From Felis catus (lineage: Eukaryota): a stretch of DNA of 64,000 bases. Positions 50,561 through 63,445 of this stretch are shown in pieces. Position 1 is the stretch's first letter. Each line of letters begins with the position of its first letter. Where the stretch lies: the NCBI RefSeq assembly GCF_018350175.1, contig NC_058373.1, forward strand, positions 101,248,001 to 101,312,000, in the 5' to 3' direction. Below the pieces are notes generated by a model. That model ran no database searches. It saw only the letters and a list, made by a program, of their open reading frames with translations, and was not told the DNA's origin. A program made the position numbers and the translations under genes.

Positions 50561-53526
50561 TTCTTTCTCCCTCTACCTCGACCTGGAAACTCTGGACTAT
50601 TCCTGCAGAAGGAGGGGGGCGGGGGGGGGGGAGAATAGAAGGAAGACGGAGAGGGAGGGAGAGGAGGAGGACCGTCCTAACGTGGTTCCCGCGACAAGTT
50701 TGCTCCAGCTCTCTGCAGCACCCTCCACCCCCACCCCTTAGATATGTTGGGGCACAGGGTACTAGAGTCCTGCTTCCACTCGCTGAACATTAAATTTGGA
50801 TAGTATTTGTTAACCTTGCCCCTTGCTCCCCACCCCATGCCCTCCCCTACCGGCTCCGTCTTTAGATAGGTTGTCCAGACCGCAGACTCTGGTTTTTCCC
50901 ATCAGGTAAGGAAAAGTGAGCTTCCTCAGGGGCCTAGGCTTCTGGGACCTGCCATTTCTACTTGCCAAGCCCAGCAGTGATACCTGCCAGTTTATGCAAC
51001 ACCAGGGAGGGGAGATTAATAAGGCTAGGAAGAGGAGGAGCAGGGATCTGGCATGGAGAAGGCCAGCAAGGAAGAGGCTGCTGGAAGAGGCTTCAGATGG
51101 CCTCTGGTGAGGCAGTGGATCATTGCCAAACAACCTGGGGGGCCCTAGCCTTCCCTCAAGAGAGGTAAAAATGAAACATGACAAGGACACTCCTTTATCC
51201 AGTACATAGGAATGTCAGGCTGGATTTTGAAGACTTTGCCTCAGAATTCTGATTGCCATTCTGACAATCTTTTCTTCCTTCGTCACTTCCTACCAGTGTT
51301 AGGGTGTCTTCACTTTGCACCAGAATGTGCTGTGCCGCTCCTGCATCTGATTACTTCTTTAGCTGGAACCCGAGAAAGTTGGATAGTATGGTTTTATGTC
51401 CCACCTTTAGACTGAATTAGGAAGAAAAAAAAAAACACACAACAAAACAGAAATAGAAACTGGAGGACTGAAAAACAAAAGGTCTTAGTGGAATATGAAA
51501 GTGAGAGCTAGCATTCTTTGTTGTATTTAAATTAAATGCTAATCTAATTCTAGCAGTAGTTTAAATTAGAGATTCTTAAACCTGCTAAGTGGCATCATTA
51601 AGGATCCCTAGATGGATTTTAGGAGATCTGTGAAAACCACAAAATTTAGGCATACAATGATGGAGGTGGATGTAAAAGTGCAGGGAGGAGGCATAATTTT
51701 ATTGAATTTTTGAAGGGGTTTGGACCCAGGAAGGGTTAAACACCTGCAGAATATGTTGCATGCCATCCCTTTCTTGTCGGAGAACGTCTCCAAGCTTCAC
51801 ACACACACACACACACACCTTGACTCAGTGGTACATAGCTTTCACACTCCGGAGCAAAATGTTCTTAACTGTTCATTGAGATAACAGAAATGTCTGTTTA
51901 GAGCCAACACCCATAGGGGAAAGGATCCTGGTGGAAAAATAGAAAAGTAACCTGGATCTCAGGTCCCTGCTCTGCTCCGTGTTAGCTGTACCCTCCACTT
52001 ACCCACCTAAGACTCCTGAGAGTCTTAGTTTATGGAAGTGCTGGGGTGTATGTGAAACTAATTCACAGATCACAAAACATATGGCTAGTGGCATTTACTT
52101 ATGAAAATAAATGCTTATGTTCCACATGCTAGTTATAATTAGATGAACAATTATGTAAATAATTATAATTAGGTGAATATTTGCATATTTTCTTCCACCA
52201 TATACTTACATGGAAAATCAACATACTTTGGATTCCTGACCATTGTTAGGCATGTTCATGTTTCATTATTTCACTTAATCTTTGAAACAATTTATGACTG
52301 GTATATTATAGTTATCCCCTCCCCCCTCCCTTCTGCCCCTTTTTTTTCTTTGAAGAAAGAAAGCCAAAAAGAGGTTAAGTCAGTTGCCCAAAGCCACCCA
52401 ACTAACACCAGATTTCAACTTCAGATGAGATCCCTACTTTAAAGAAGGGATATTAGGAAAAAAAGAAAAGAAAAAAAGCAAATTTTGTTTAGATTTAGGT
52501 AAATTTAATTTCTATGGTACTTGTGCATTCTGTGCAAAGTATAAGTTTTTAAATTAGCGCAGCCACTTCCTTTTCATTCCCTCCATGTTTTGGGTTCACC
52601 ATCAAATCAATGGAAATTTATACACATAGTTCCTTATTAGTGGCACCTATGCTTCAACTAATAAGGCAGCCTTGGAAGAGAAAGAACGCCTCTGCCCTCC
52701 ACTCCCGTAATCCCTTCCGGTAACCCTCTGTAGGAAGCACTGTCCCCTGTGGCAGCTAACAAATGGCGAAACTCCTCCACACAGTTCAGTGTCTCAGCCA
52801 AGTGAGTTAGTAAGAACGTAGATCTTTTTTTGGCTGTACCATCAAGTCATAGAGCTAATGAAAACAGAACGGACTTATTTTGCTGTTCCCTGAGTTACAG
52901 GTACACTAAAAGAAGTGCTAGAAGCCCTGGTCCACCAGTATTTCTCCTAAACACTTTCTTACGCCCTTAGCATTTGTACGTGGGTTTGTTCAACAGATAG
53001 TTCTCCTATTTTCTTTCTCTTTAGCATAAAACCCATAATACCAAACTCTACACTACTTAGTTTGTGGAAGCTCCAGAGAGCAGGCAGACATCTGTTCTTG
53101 ATCTTTAATTATGCTTTAATTATGGCTTGAGAACCAGTATCACAGAAAATGAGTTGCTGGAGGGCAAGGCCCGAAAGCAAAAACAAAACAAAACAAAAAA
53201 TATGGACCATAGTAGGCACCCTGCTCCAAAAAATTATGTATACTGGTATGTTTCTGTAAAGGCCTCAGGTTGCTAGGCTGGAGTAATTGATGAAAACATC
53301 TCAGTAACGTGCACTTAAATAAGGGGGAATTGACGAAATGATTTTTCAAAGTGCAGTAGCCCATGTAGTGTGATTTTTAAAAAATAGACTTGATGTCAGA
53401 GAGCCTGGTTTTGGGTATAGCTACACCAGTGCATACGAGATGTTTGAACCTGGCTGGATCTGGGATTTCATTTCTGGAGGCTGCCATTTCTTCATGAGTT
53501 ATTATGGGCTAGGATCTCTACACTTT

Positions 53527-54215
53527 CAGTTGTCAACAAGCTTTTTCTGTAAAGGACCAGATGGCTAATTATTTACGTTTTGTGGGCCACATACTACCTC
53601 TGTATTTCTTCCCCTCCTTCCCTCCCCCCTTATCTTGCTCCCATTTCCTTCTCCTCCTCCTTCCTTTCTCTTTCTTCTCTTCCCTTTTCCTCCTCCCACA
53701 ACTGTTTACAGATGTACAAACCATTCACGTTAGGTTGTTTGGGCTTCTGTACCAAAGCACTACAAAGTGTGTGGCTTAAACATCAGAAATGTATTGTCTC
53801 GCAGTTCTGGAGGCTACAAGTTGACATCATCCGGTCAGCAGAGTTGCTTCCCTCTGGGGACATGAGGAAGAGTTTGGTCCATGGCAATCTTTGGCGACCC
53901 TTGGTTTATAGAAACTTCACCCCAGCCTCTACCCTCACGTTCACACGGCGTTCTCCCTGTGTGTCTGCGTCCAAATTTCTCCTCTTTGTCAGGACACCAG
54001 TCATACTGGGCTAGGGGCCCATCCTACTCCAGTATGACCTCATCTTAACTAATTATGTCTGAATTGACCCTGTTTCCAAATCAAGGTCACATTCTGAGAT
54101 GATGGGGGTTAGGTTTCAACATATGAGTTTTAGAGGGACACAATTCAATTCATAGATCATTCTTGGCTCGTGGACCATACAAACATAGGTTGCAAGCAAT
54201 AGTTTGCTTATCTCC
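53527..54215. mobile_element. MER58-like hAT relic interrupted by a MaLR LTR (MLT1C-like, ~53727-54156)
   Basis: ttttctgtaaaggaccaga; cattc duplicated around the LTR; cagttctggaggct, aggtcacattctgag. Confidence 0.65.
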
Positions 54216-54294
54216 TTAGTAAGGCCCCTGTTCATTAAAAAGTCCTATAATTCTCTATTCTTCATGGCTTTAAATCACAAATTGTCTTATGCTA

Positions 54295-55150
54295 TCCATT
54301 TACTTAACATTTTTTTTTTATTGAACATTTACATATGCTAGGCACTGTCCTAGATTCTGGTGCATAGCAATGAAAAAAATGGATTAAAAACCCTTGTCCT
54401 GGGTCTTACAATCTAGTAGGGAAGGCAGACCACCAACAAGTAACTATGAACAACTTATAGCATGTTAGATGGAACGAAGTACCAAGAATAAAAATAAAGT
54501 GGGAAAGAGATATAGCAATGGGGTTGAATTTTAAGAGTAGTCACGAATGCATCACAGAAAAGGTAATATTTGAGCAGACACCTGAAGGAGACAAGGGACC
54601 CGGCCACATGGATATTGGGGGAAATTGTTTCATGAAAAGGAAAAGCACTGTGAATTCTGAGATGGAAGTGGGCCAGGAAACAGCTAAGAGACCAGTATGT
54701 TTAAGTGGAGTGAGCCAAGGAGGGGAGGGGCTGGATATTTGGAGATGGGGTCAGAGAGGCAGAGGAGGTAAGAGGTTAAATGGTGTATGGTCTTGTACAC
54801 CATAGTAAGAGCCAGTGTCAGGACTCGGTTGAGGTGAAGGAGGTACTCAGTGCTCACTATTTAAGGAGGTGCTCACTCTCACAGTGGTGTAAGTACAGGG
54901 TGAGTCCCTGAGAGTGAGAACCTCCTTAAATGCTGTGCCCCAGGTGCCTCCCTCACCTCACCCAGCTCTGGCCCTGGAAAGGGCTTTGGCTTTAATTAGG
55001 AAGCCTCTGTTGGGTTTTCAGCAGAGGAGTGGAATGACCAGCATTACATTTTATCAGGATCACTTTGGCTGCTGTGTTGAGGGCAAGGATCGAATAAAGG
55101 GGGCCAAATAGAGGGCTGTTCGGATAATTTCCAGAGTAAAATGGTGAAAA
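54295..55150 (-). mobile_element. L2 fragment
   Basis: ttattgaacatttacatatgctaggcactgt...atttgagcagacacctgaagga...gatcactttggctgctgtg. Confidence 0.7.
54813..54976. mobile_element. Palindromic hAT MITE (MER96-like)
   Basis: atttaaggaggtgctcactctca / tgagagtgagaacctccttaaat inverted arms; CAG...CTG ends; degenerate 8-bp TSD gtaagagc/gaaagggc. Confidence 0.8.
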
Positions 55151-55747
55151 GGTCCATGCCTGGTGACCCGCCAAGGATTGGACTACCTCGTACAGCTATC
55201 AGACACATAACCAGTGGGCCTTGGGTTGTCTTTTCTTTTTGTTCTCACTCAACATTCTTTGGAGGTTACCTACATTCTAGACTGTATGTTAGGTGCTGGG
55301 GTTCCAATAATGAACAAGGATGGTCACTGACTCAAAACATTAGTAGTTTCTTTCCTTCTTCCCTTTCTTCCTTCCTTCTTTCCTGCCTTCTTATTTCCCT
55401 CTTCCCTCCCTTCTTTAAATATTTTGAAATTGGAAACAAAAACCCTGCCTCAAAGCTTATCTTTTAGGGAATTCACCATACATGCTGAGGTTTTCTGGTC
55501 CAGGCCCTCCATTTCTGTTCCATTTGGAGTAGTATATAGATGGTAGTGAGCATCGAGGAAGGATTTAGGAAATCAGTCATTATTTGTTATGATTCGTCAT
55601 GGGAATACTACATCTCCCTTTCAGTTGTAAGATTGGGGAACTTTTAGGTCCAGAAGGTTTGCTGTCCTCATACTCAACCTTTCATTTTATAAACGAAGAG
55701 ACTGAGACCCAGAGAGATCAACCCACAATTAGCTACTTACTGGTAGA

Positions 55748-56748
55748 CTATGGCAGACTGTATTTTTCAAAACTAGCTGCAACAATGTCTTCCATCCCAC
55801 ATGCTCTTGAATGTGACATTGACACTCTTCCCATGGAGAAATGAGTGTTCTTCTATTGCTGCTATAACAAATTACCACAAACTTCATGTCTTAAAACAAC
55901 ACAAATCTATTATCTCACATTTCTGGAGATCAGAATTCGAAACTGGATTTTACTAGGTTAAAATCAAAGATCACAGTAGGGCTGTGTTTTTTCTGGATGC
56001 CCTAGAGACCATCTATTTCCTTGCCTTTTCCGGCTTCTAGAAGCTGTTGGCGTTCCTTGATGCCTGGCCAGCACCACTCCATCTTCTGCTTTCACATCAC
56101 CTTTCCTTTTCTGACTCTGAGCCTTCTGCCTCCTTATTATAAGGACACTTGTGATTATACTGGGCCCACCCAGGTGATCTGGATTATCTCCCCATTGCAA
56201 AGTCCTTAACTTAATCACATCACAAAGTCCCTTTTGCCAGGTAAGGTAACCTAGTCACAGGTTTGGGGATTAGGACATGGGCCTCTTTAGGGGATTTGTT
56301 ATTGTGCCTACCACACTGGGTAAGCCCCATGACGAGAGCAAAATTGGGCTGTGGTATTCCAGGACTCAGCCATGAAAGTGATACTGCTTTCAACTGGTTG
56401 TCTTGAATCACTTGCTTTTAGAACCCAATTGCCATTGCCATGCTGTTAGGAGACCCAACTAACCCAAGCAGAAAGGCTACATGGAGAGACCACATGTGGG
56501 TGTTCTGGCTGGCAGCCAGTATGTGAATGAAGATGCTTCCAGACGATTCCAGTTGCCAGCTGTTGCATTACCCCCAACTTTCAGACATTCCCACCTGAGG
56601 CCCCAGACTTCACAAAGGAAAGATACATATCCTCACTATGCCCTGTTCAAATTCCTAATCTACAGAAAATGTGAGAAAAGAACTAATTGTTGTTTTAAGC
56701 TACTAAGTTTGGGGATGATTTGGTGTACAGCCATAGGAGACTGATGCA
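55748..56748. mobile_element. MLT1H-like LTR (+) with a nested MLT1D-like LTR (-) at ~55843-56315
   Basis: tatggcagactg...ttgttgttttaagctactaagtttgggg; ctattgctgctataacaaattaccacaaac...gcctaccaca. Confidence 0.7.
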
Positions 56749-57233
56749 ATGGGCTGTGACCAGACCTTCAGTTTCTCAGTCCCAGTGCTTTTGACATCTC
56801 AAATATTGCCTCTCAGTCAAGCAAGATCAGTGAGCAAAAATCATTTATTGAGCACCTATTAGGAGAAATGCCTTTTGGGAAATTTAAAAGTCTATAAAAC
56901 TTGCTCTTCGTCTTCAGAGAATACTCTTTAATTCTGGCGGGAAAGATGTAGAGAAAGCACCTGTCAAGAGTGAAGTTAGGAGGCTGATGCACTAGTCATG
57001 GCAAGAGGTGGTAAGATCCTGAACCTTGGACGGGGCACTGGACAAAAGGAAAAAATTAGAGTCTGAGAACTTTTCTGAGGATTAGTTGACAAGAACTTCC
57101 AGGTGATGGACATGCAGAAAGAGAAGTAAGGGTAAAGAGGATTCTGTTGTTTCTAGCCATTAATGCAGATGGGAAATCTAAGAGGAAAGACAGGTTTGAG
57201 GAGCCTTTATGCTAAATAAATTCAGTGTCTGGT

Positions 57234-57403
57234 AGGAATTTCCAGGTGGGGGAAGCAGAATGCCCCCATGCCCATGTGTTGCCATGCCAAGCCCCAACCT
57301 CCCTAAGGACCTCGCCCTATGTATCACTTCACCTGGCTGTTGATTTGTATCCTTTAATATTCTTTGCAATAAATCAGTAAACTAGTGAGTAAAAAAAAAA
57401 AAA
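57234..57403 (+). mobile_element. Polyadenylated LTR-derived retrocopy (MER21/CarLTR-like R region)
   Basis: AATAAA 57368-57373, A13 at 57391-57403, flanking aaattcagtgtctggt/aaaatcagtgcctggt. Confidence 0.7.
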
Positions 57404-58267
57404 TCAGTGCCTGGTCATCCATGAGGCTAATCTATGTTTTAGAAAGCATTTTTACCATTAAATAATGCTTAGTTCCCAATGACAGAACATCTAAAGGACC
57501 AACGAGGGTCGCTGTAAGAGGTACTACTGTGTAGGCAAGGAGGTAGAATTCCCACCATCCGTTACCATGAGCAAATCTGATCTTCAGTATCATTTCTCAT
57601 GGGTAGTGCAGTTTTGCATAAACTTGTTGCATTTGTTCATCACAGCAAATCACAGGTTAGGTAGAAAGAGTGGCAGTGTCACCATTTTGCTACTTAGAAA
57701 ACATTCAGAAGTGGCTGGGCGCCACTCCTTCCCCGTGTGTGCTTCCTCTCCAATGGAGTTTCTCATGTCTCAGGGAAAAGGCAAGTGATTTTGCTTCCAT
57801 TCTCTGATGAGCCTCAAGGTATGTTCATGTGAACTGCAAAGATACAAGCAAACAAGAATTTGCTAACAGGAGCCTGTCTATTTTATTTCTATAATGGGTC
57901 ACTTTCACAGTGGGCTACAAAGTTTGCTTCCACATAACTACAAATACAGTATTTCCTACTCTATCTGAGAAACTCAAATCATTATCATGGAATTCTCCAT
58001 TTTTATCACCGTCCACAACTTCACAACCAATTCCTCCGCACTCCTGCCTATAGAAGCTGCTCTAGGAATTTACCCGAGCCACAGATGAATTCTCTATGTT
58101 TTGTTTTATTCTCCATGTGAGCAGAAGTGTTGTGCCATGACTCCACTGAAAGTTAGGGAAGCTATGACAGAGACACCTGGAACATATTAAAATGGTTGAG
58201 AAAAAAATCGAAAGACTTTATACTTTTTGTGGTCTCAGATGGGACATACATAAAAAATAGGGATCTC

Positions 58268-58689
58268 AGGGGCACCTGGGTGGCTCAGTTGGTTAAGCAT
58301 CCAACTTCAGCCCAGGTCATGATCCCTCTGCTTGTGAGTTTGAGCCATGTGTGGGGCTCTGTACTGGATCCTGCTTCAGATTCTGTTTCCCCTCTCTCTC
58401 TGCCCCTCCCCCATTCATGCTCTTTCTTTCTCAAAAATAAATAAAATATTTAAAAAAAATTTTTTTTTAATTTTTTTTTTCTTTCAACGTTTGTATTTAT
58501 TTTTGGGACAGAGAGAGACAGAGCATGAACGGGGGAGGGGCAGAGAGAGAGGGAGACACAGAATCGGAAACAGGCTCCAGGCTCTGAGCCATCAGCCCAG
58601 AGCCCGACGCGGGGCTCGAACTCACGGACCGCGAGATCGTGACCTGGCTGAAGTCTGACGCTTAACCGACTGCGCCACCCAGGCGCCCC
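58268..58689. mobile_element. Tail-to-tail CanSINE pair: 58268-58458 (+) and young 58460-58689 (-)
   Basis: Two complete units sharing an A/T-rich junction. Confidence 0.92.
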
Positions 58690-59499
58690 TAAAAATTTTT
58701 TAAAAATAGGTATATCAATACTCCAATTTAGTTTTATTAAATAACATTTTTTCCTGATTCAAAATGAATACAATTTTATTTGAAATATTTTAGAAAGAAT
58801 GTGAATGGCACTAAGCAAAAACAAAATTCTTTTGTGAGCTTTTCACCCAGAGAGAACTATTATCAATAGTTTGATGAAAATACTTCCAGATTCTTTGGGT
58901 TTTTTTGCAAATATACACTTAAAAGCATTTCTAATGTAATTTTGCTGCACCTACTGATTTGCAAGCTGATTTTTAAAAACTAGCCTTTTTATTGATACAT
59001 CATGGATATCTTCATATGTCAGATTTTATTCTTGAAGCCAATGTGAGAAGTTTTCTATAGGCTGAATGTATTTATTATATGAATATTTTACCTATGACAC
59101 ATTTATCTTCTCTCTCCTCAAGTGTTTATTAATTCAACAAACATTTACTGTAGACCCACTGTAGGTCAAGCACTGTTGCCAGCATTGGGGATACAAAGGA
59201 GAATGAACCAGACAAAATCATGGCCATCTTTGAGCTTACATTCAAAAAGAGAAGGCAAACAATAGTCAAATAAACATGTGATAGATACAATGTTAGGTGG
59301 TGTTAGAATAGTATTTCTCCTATTGTTTTAGAAAAACAGAAAGAATTACAAAAGTTTTGCATACAGACTTCAATTGGTCCTGATTTGTATATTTACCACC
59401 AAATCTAATTTAATAAAAAGAAACAGCTTACAGTCCTCATCTGTGGTTTGGATTTAAGTGTATTGTAACTGCCACCAGCAGCCTTGGGGACTCATGAAT

Positions 59500-60330
59500 G
59501 TTTCAGTTATCTGGTGCTTCATAATAAATAGCCCCCAAACAGAGTGGCTTAAAATAACAACTTATAGTCATCTCTTATGTCCTGTAGATTGACTGGGCTC
59601 AGCTGGGCACTTCTTGCCTGGGCTCTTATGCAGTTGCAATCAGATGGGGCCTGGGCTACAGACAGCTGAATGTTCAACTGGGCTGGATGTTCAAGATGGC
59701 TTCTTCCCTACGTGTTTGGCACCTCACTGAGATGGCTGAGATCGGTGGGGGCGGGGGTGGGGAGAAGATGTGGAAAGATGTCCCTTTTTTTCCATGCAGC
59801 TTCTCAACATGGATAACTTGGGCTTTATCACGGCATGGTGGTCTCATAGTACTTAGACTTCTTATATGGTAGCTGACTTCCACCAGAGTGAGCTTTCAAA
59901 GAACCCAAGGCAGGGGCGCCTGGGTGGCTCAGTCGGTTGAGCGGCCGACTTCGGCTCAGGTCATGATCTCGCGGTCGGTGAGTCCTAGCCCCGAGTCCGG
60001 CTCTGTGCTGACAGCTCAGAGCCTGGAGCCTGTTTTGGATTCTGTGTCTCCCTCTCTCTGACCCTCCCCCGTTCATGCTCTGCCTCTCTCTGTCTCAAAA
60101 ATAAATAAACGTTAAAAAAAAAAATTTTTTTTAAAGAAAAAAAAGAACCCAAGGCAGAAGCTATTAGGTTTATTATGACCTAGCCTCGGAAATCACATAA
60201 ACCACTCATACCATATTCTATTAGTTACATAAAGCCTGCCTAGATTCAGTGAGGGAGGGGTCTATGCAAGGGTGTGAATGCCAAAAGGCAGTGTTCATTG
60301 CAGGAGCATCTTTAGAACCTACCTCCAAAG
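59500..60330 (-). mobile_element. MaLR LTR relic with a CanSINE (+) at 59913-60143
   Basis: gtggcttaaaataacaa, gggctcagctggg, ttcaagatggc; SINE TSD aagaacccaaggca. Confidence 0.7.
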
Positions 60331-60362
60331 AGATGAGAAAAGTAGCTAAAAGGAAACAAAAT

Positions 60363-60580
60363 GGGCACACCTGGGTGGCTCAGTCGGTTAAGTATCCCTC
60401 GATTTCAGCTCAGATCATGATCTCACGGTTCCTGAGTTTGAGTCCCACATCTGGTTCTGTGCTGACCATGTAAAATAAAGCCTGCTTCAGATTCACTCTC
60501 TCCCTCTCTCTGTGTCCTCCCCTGCCCACACAGGGAGCAGGCTCCCTCTCTCTCAAGAATAAATAAATAAATTAAATTTT
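60363..60580 (+). mobile_element. CanSINE
   Basis: Head/CT/tail. Confidence 0.88.
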
Positions 60581-60669
60581 TATTTTAAAAACAACATTAT
60601 ACTACAGGTTACTCCACAGAACTCAGCATACACCAAATGAAGGTCCTTTCTCAAAACAGTCCTGGTACT

Positions 60670-60883
60670 GGGGTGCCTGGGTGGCTCAGTCAGTTAAGCA
60701 TCTTGACTCTTGATTTCGGCTCATGTCATGATCTCGTGGTGTGTGGGATCAAGTCCCACATCTGGCTCTGTGCTGATAAAGTGGAGCCTGCTTGGGATTC
60801 TCTCTCTCCCTCTTTCTTTGCCTCTCCCCAGCTCTCTCTCAAAATGAATAAACATTAAAACAAACAAACAAACAAAAAAAAAA
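60670..60883 (+). mobile_element. CanSINE
   Basis: TSD aaaacagtcc. Confidence 0.9.
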
Positions 60884-62024
60884 CAGTCCCAGTACCACAA
60901 GCTTGCTAATTCTCTGGATCAATTAATGCAGGCAGTAGACAGAAGTGCTGACATAGCCATTTTGTTCAAAAGGTGCAGCTCCTTGATGCATGGGATTGGT
61001 AAAACTAAGGGTCCCTTTTGTGGAGAAAAAACGGACTCTACCAAAGGGAGCCAGAAAGTAGCCCCGATTTCCTCTCCAGAAGGACAAAGCACATCTGACT
61101 GTCCAACGCTGTCCTGCTCAGTGTATCAAGTATGTTGTCCTCTGGCTACTTTATCAGTTAGGCTGGTGGCAGTCCTGGCTAAGAGCTCCCAGGTACTTGG
61201 TTTGGACCAGGTACGAGGCCAGTCTCTATATACGTACTTACTGATGTTTTTTCCGTAAGCGCCCATGAAGTAACCGTTTAGCCCGTTTCACAGAGGACGA
61301 AACCAAGGCACAGAAACTCTCAACTACTTGCCCCAGGTCTCGCAGGGAAGTCCCACTCTGGCGCCCACTCTCCTAACCACCGCACTGCACTGCCTCGAGC
61401 CAGTCACTCACTTCTCTGTGAGCAGTTTTATCGTGTGTAAACCAGCGTGTAAAACAGAACTGACACCCCTTCCCTCACAGACCTGCGCTAAGAGAGGAGT
61501 GTCTGCCTAGCTTTGCCACTTGCGGGCTGCATGACCTTGAACAAATTGTTTAATCTTTCAGAGTCTTGGTTCCTTATTTAATAAAGGAGTGTGTTCTTGT
61601 GCGGAGTCCATAAGCTAATGCATATAAAGTACAGCGCCTGGCATAGGGGTCTGATAAATGATATTAATACCATTGGTATTAATATTATTATTGCTTGTGT
61701 TGTAGCACAACTTCAAGGTTCTTCGCTTGAACCTAATACCCTCACAAGGCTCCTGCTGAAATTGCTGTTATGTTGTCCGATTTGTACTGTTTCCTTACTT
61801 TCCCAGCCAGGAAACAGCTGCACATTTGGGCAGAGGGACATAAAAAGCGTTGGTAGATAGTCACATTGTCACCACAGATGTCCCTGCTTTGGCTGAGGAC
61901 AGAGGACAGCAGCCAATATTCACAGAGGACTGCAGATGTTCTTCTTTAACTTGGATCAGAGGGACCATTATAGACACAGTGTGGGTACTGCAGACTTTAC
62001 TGTTCAGAACAGAATATTACAGAA

Positions 62025-63050
62025 TATGCATGCATTCATCCAACGCTTATTGAATACCTACTCTGTGCTGAGTTGCCTTGGAAATACAAAGATGAATGGG
62101 ACATGCTCCCTGTCCTCTTGGACCTCAAAATACAGACGGGGAGATAAAACCCATGTAATTAACCAGAGTACAGTGTGAGGATTCTAGGTATAGTGGAAAT
62201 GCAAACGGCAGTTGGTCTCAGAAGGGGAAATTTTGTCAGAGAGGTTTGGAAGGAAACCAGGAAGACTTTTCGGATGAAGCCGTATTTCATCGAGACCTAA
62301 ACAAAATGAAAGTCCTTCAATAAGCAGAGATGAAGCAGGGCAAAGATCGTTCAAGGCGGAGGAAATGATGTGAAGGCAGGTGAGGAATAAGGTGAGTGAG
62401 CTGCCAAAGCAGAGTGGGCGTGTGCATGGGTGTGGCAGGTACTGCTGACTGGCCCACCTCCATCCTCAACCTTGCCCCACCCCCTGCCACCACATGATAC
62501 CTTCCACCACGTGACATCCTTCTGATCTCTGAGTCATAAGCAAAAGATTGCTGGCTTAGGGTTCTGGGAAGGTATTCAGTTCACCCATAAAATGAGGACA
62601 GACTCAACTATGTGCTCTTTTCTTCAACTTTGGCCCTTGCCTCCTCCTTGGAATGTGGCTGAGATGCCTGGAAGTGCATCTTGAGGTCATGAGGAAATAA
62701 GCAAAAGTCATGGGACTTTGCTTATGAGGAAATAAGCAAAAGTCAATGGGACGTTGAAGCAGAGACTTATACAGAGCTTGCACCAGCCCTGCACTACAGA
62801 CCTATTAATTTCTTATGATGTGAGAAAAATAACTTTCCATTTGTTTAAGCCAGCATACGTTGGATGCTCTGTTACTTGCAGCCAAAGGCATTCCTGACTG
62901 ATAACAGGGGCAATGGTGACTCATAGGATGTAAAGCCAGAAAAATGAGCAGGGTCCATATTTCAAAGTCATAGAGTCCATTTACAGACTGATTGTTCCTT
63001 ATTTAGGAGGCTGTGAGGAGCCACTGAAGGTTTGTGAATAGTAAGAGTAT
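62025..63050. mobile_element. L2 (-) relic interrupted by an old MaLR LTR (~62430-62905)
   Basis: cattcatccaacgcttattgaatacctact; ttgtttaagcc...ctgttacttgcagccaaaggcattcctgactgata. Confidence 0.6.
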
Positions 63051-63215
63051 TTTAAAAACAATTTAAAAAACAATTCTAATAGGTGCTGTACAAAGTAGGA
63101 CCTCCCCATCATAATTTCTATCACAAACTTTAGAAATATGTATGTATAATTTGATATATACAATGAACACTTTCTCAGTGTAAGTAAAGTATACTTAGGT
63201 AAAACTGCTGTATTA

Positions 63216-63445
63216 GGGGCACCTAAGTGGCTCTGTTGGTTAAGCGTCGGAGTCCTGATTTCCGTTAAGGTCACAATCTCACGGTTTGTGGAATCAAGCC
63301 CCGCATCTGGCTCTGCACTGACAGCCCGCATCCTGCTTGGGATTCTCTCTCTCCCTCTCTCTCTGTCCCTCCCCTGCACACACTCACACACACACACTCT
63401 CTCTCTCTTTTTCAAAATAAATAAGCATTTTTTAAAAAGGAAAAA
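63216..63445 (+). mobile_element. CanSINE
   Basis: Head/CT/tail; degenerate TSD tgctgtatta/tgctgcatta. Confidence 0.88.
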
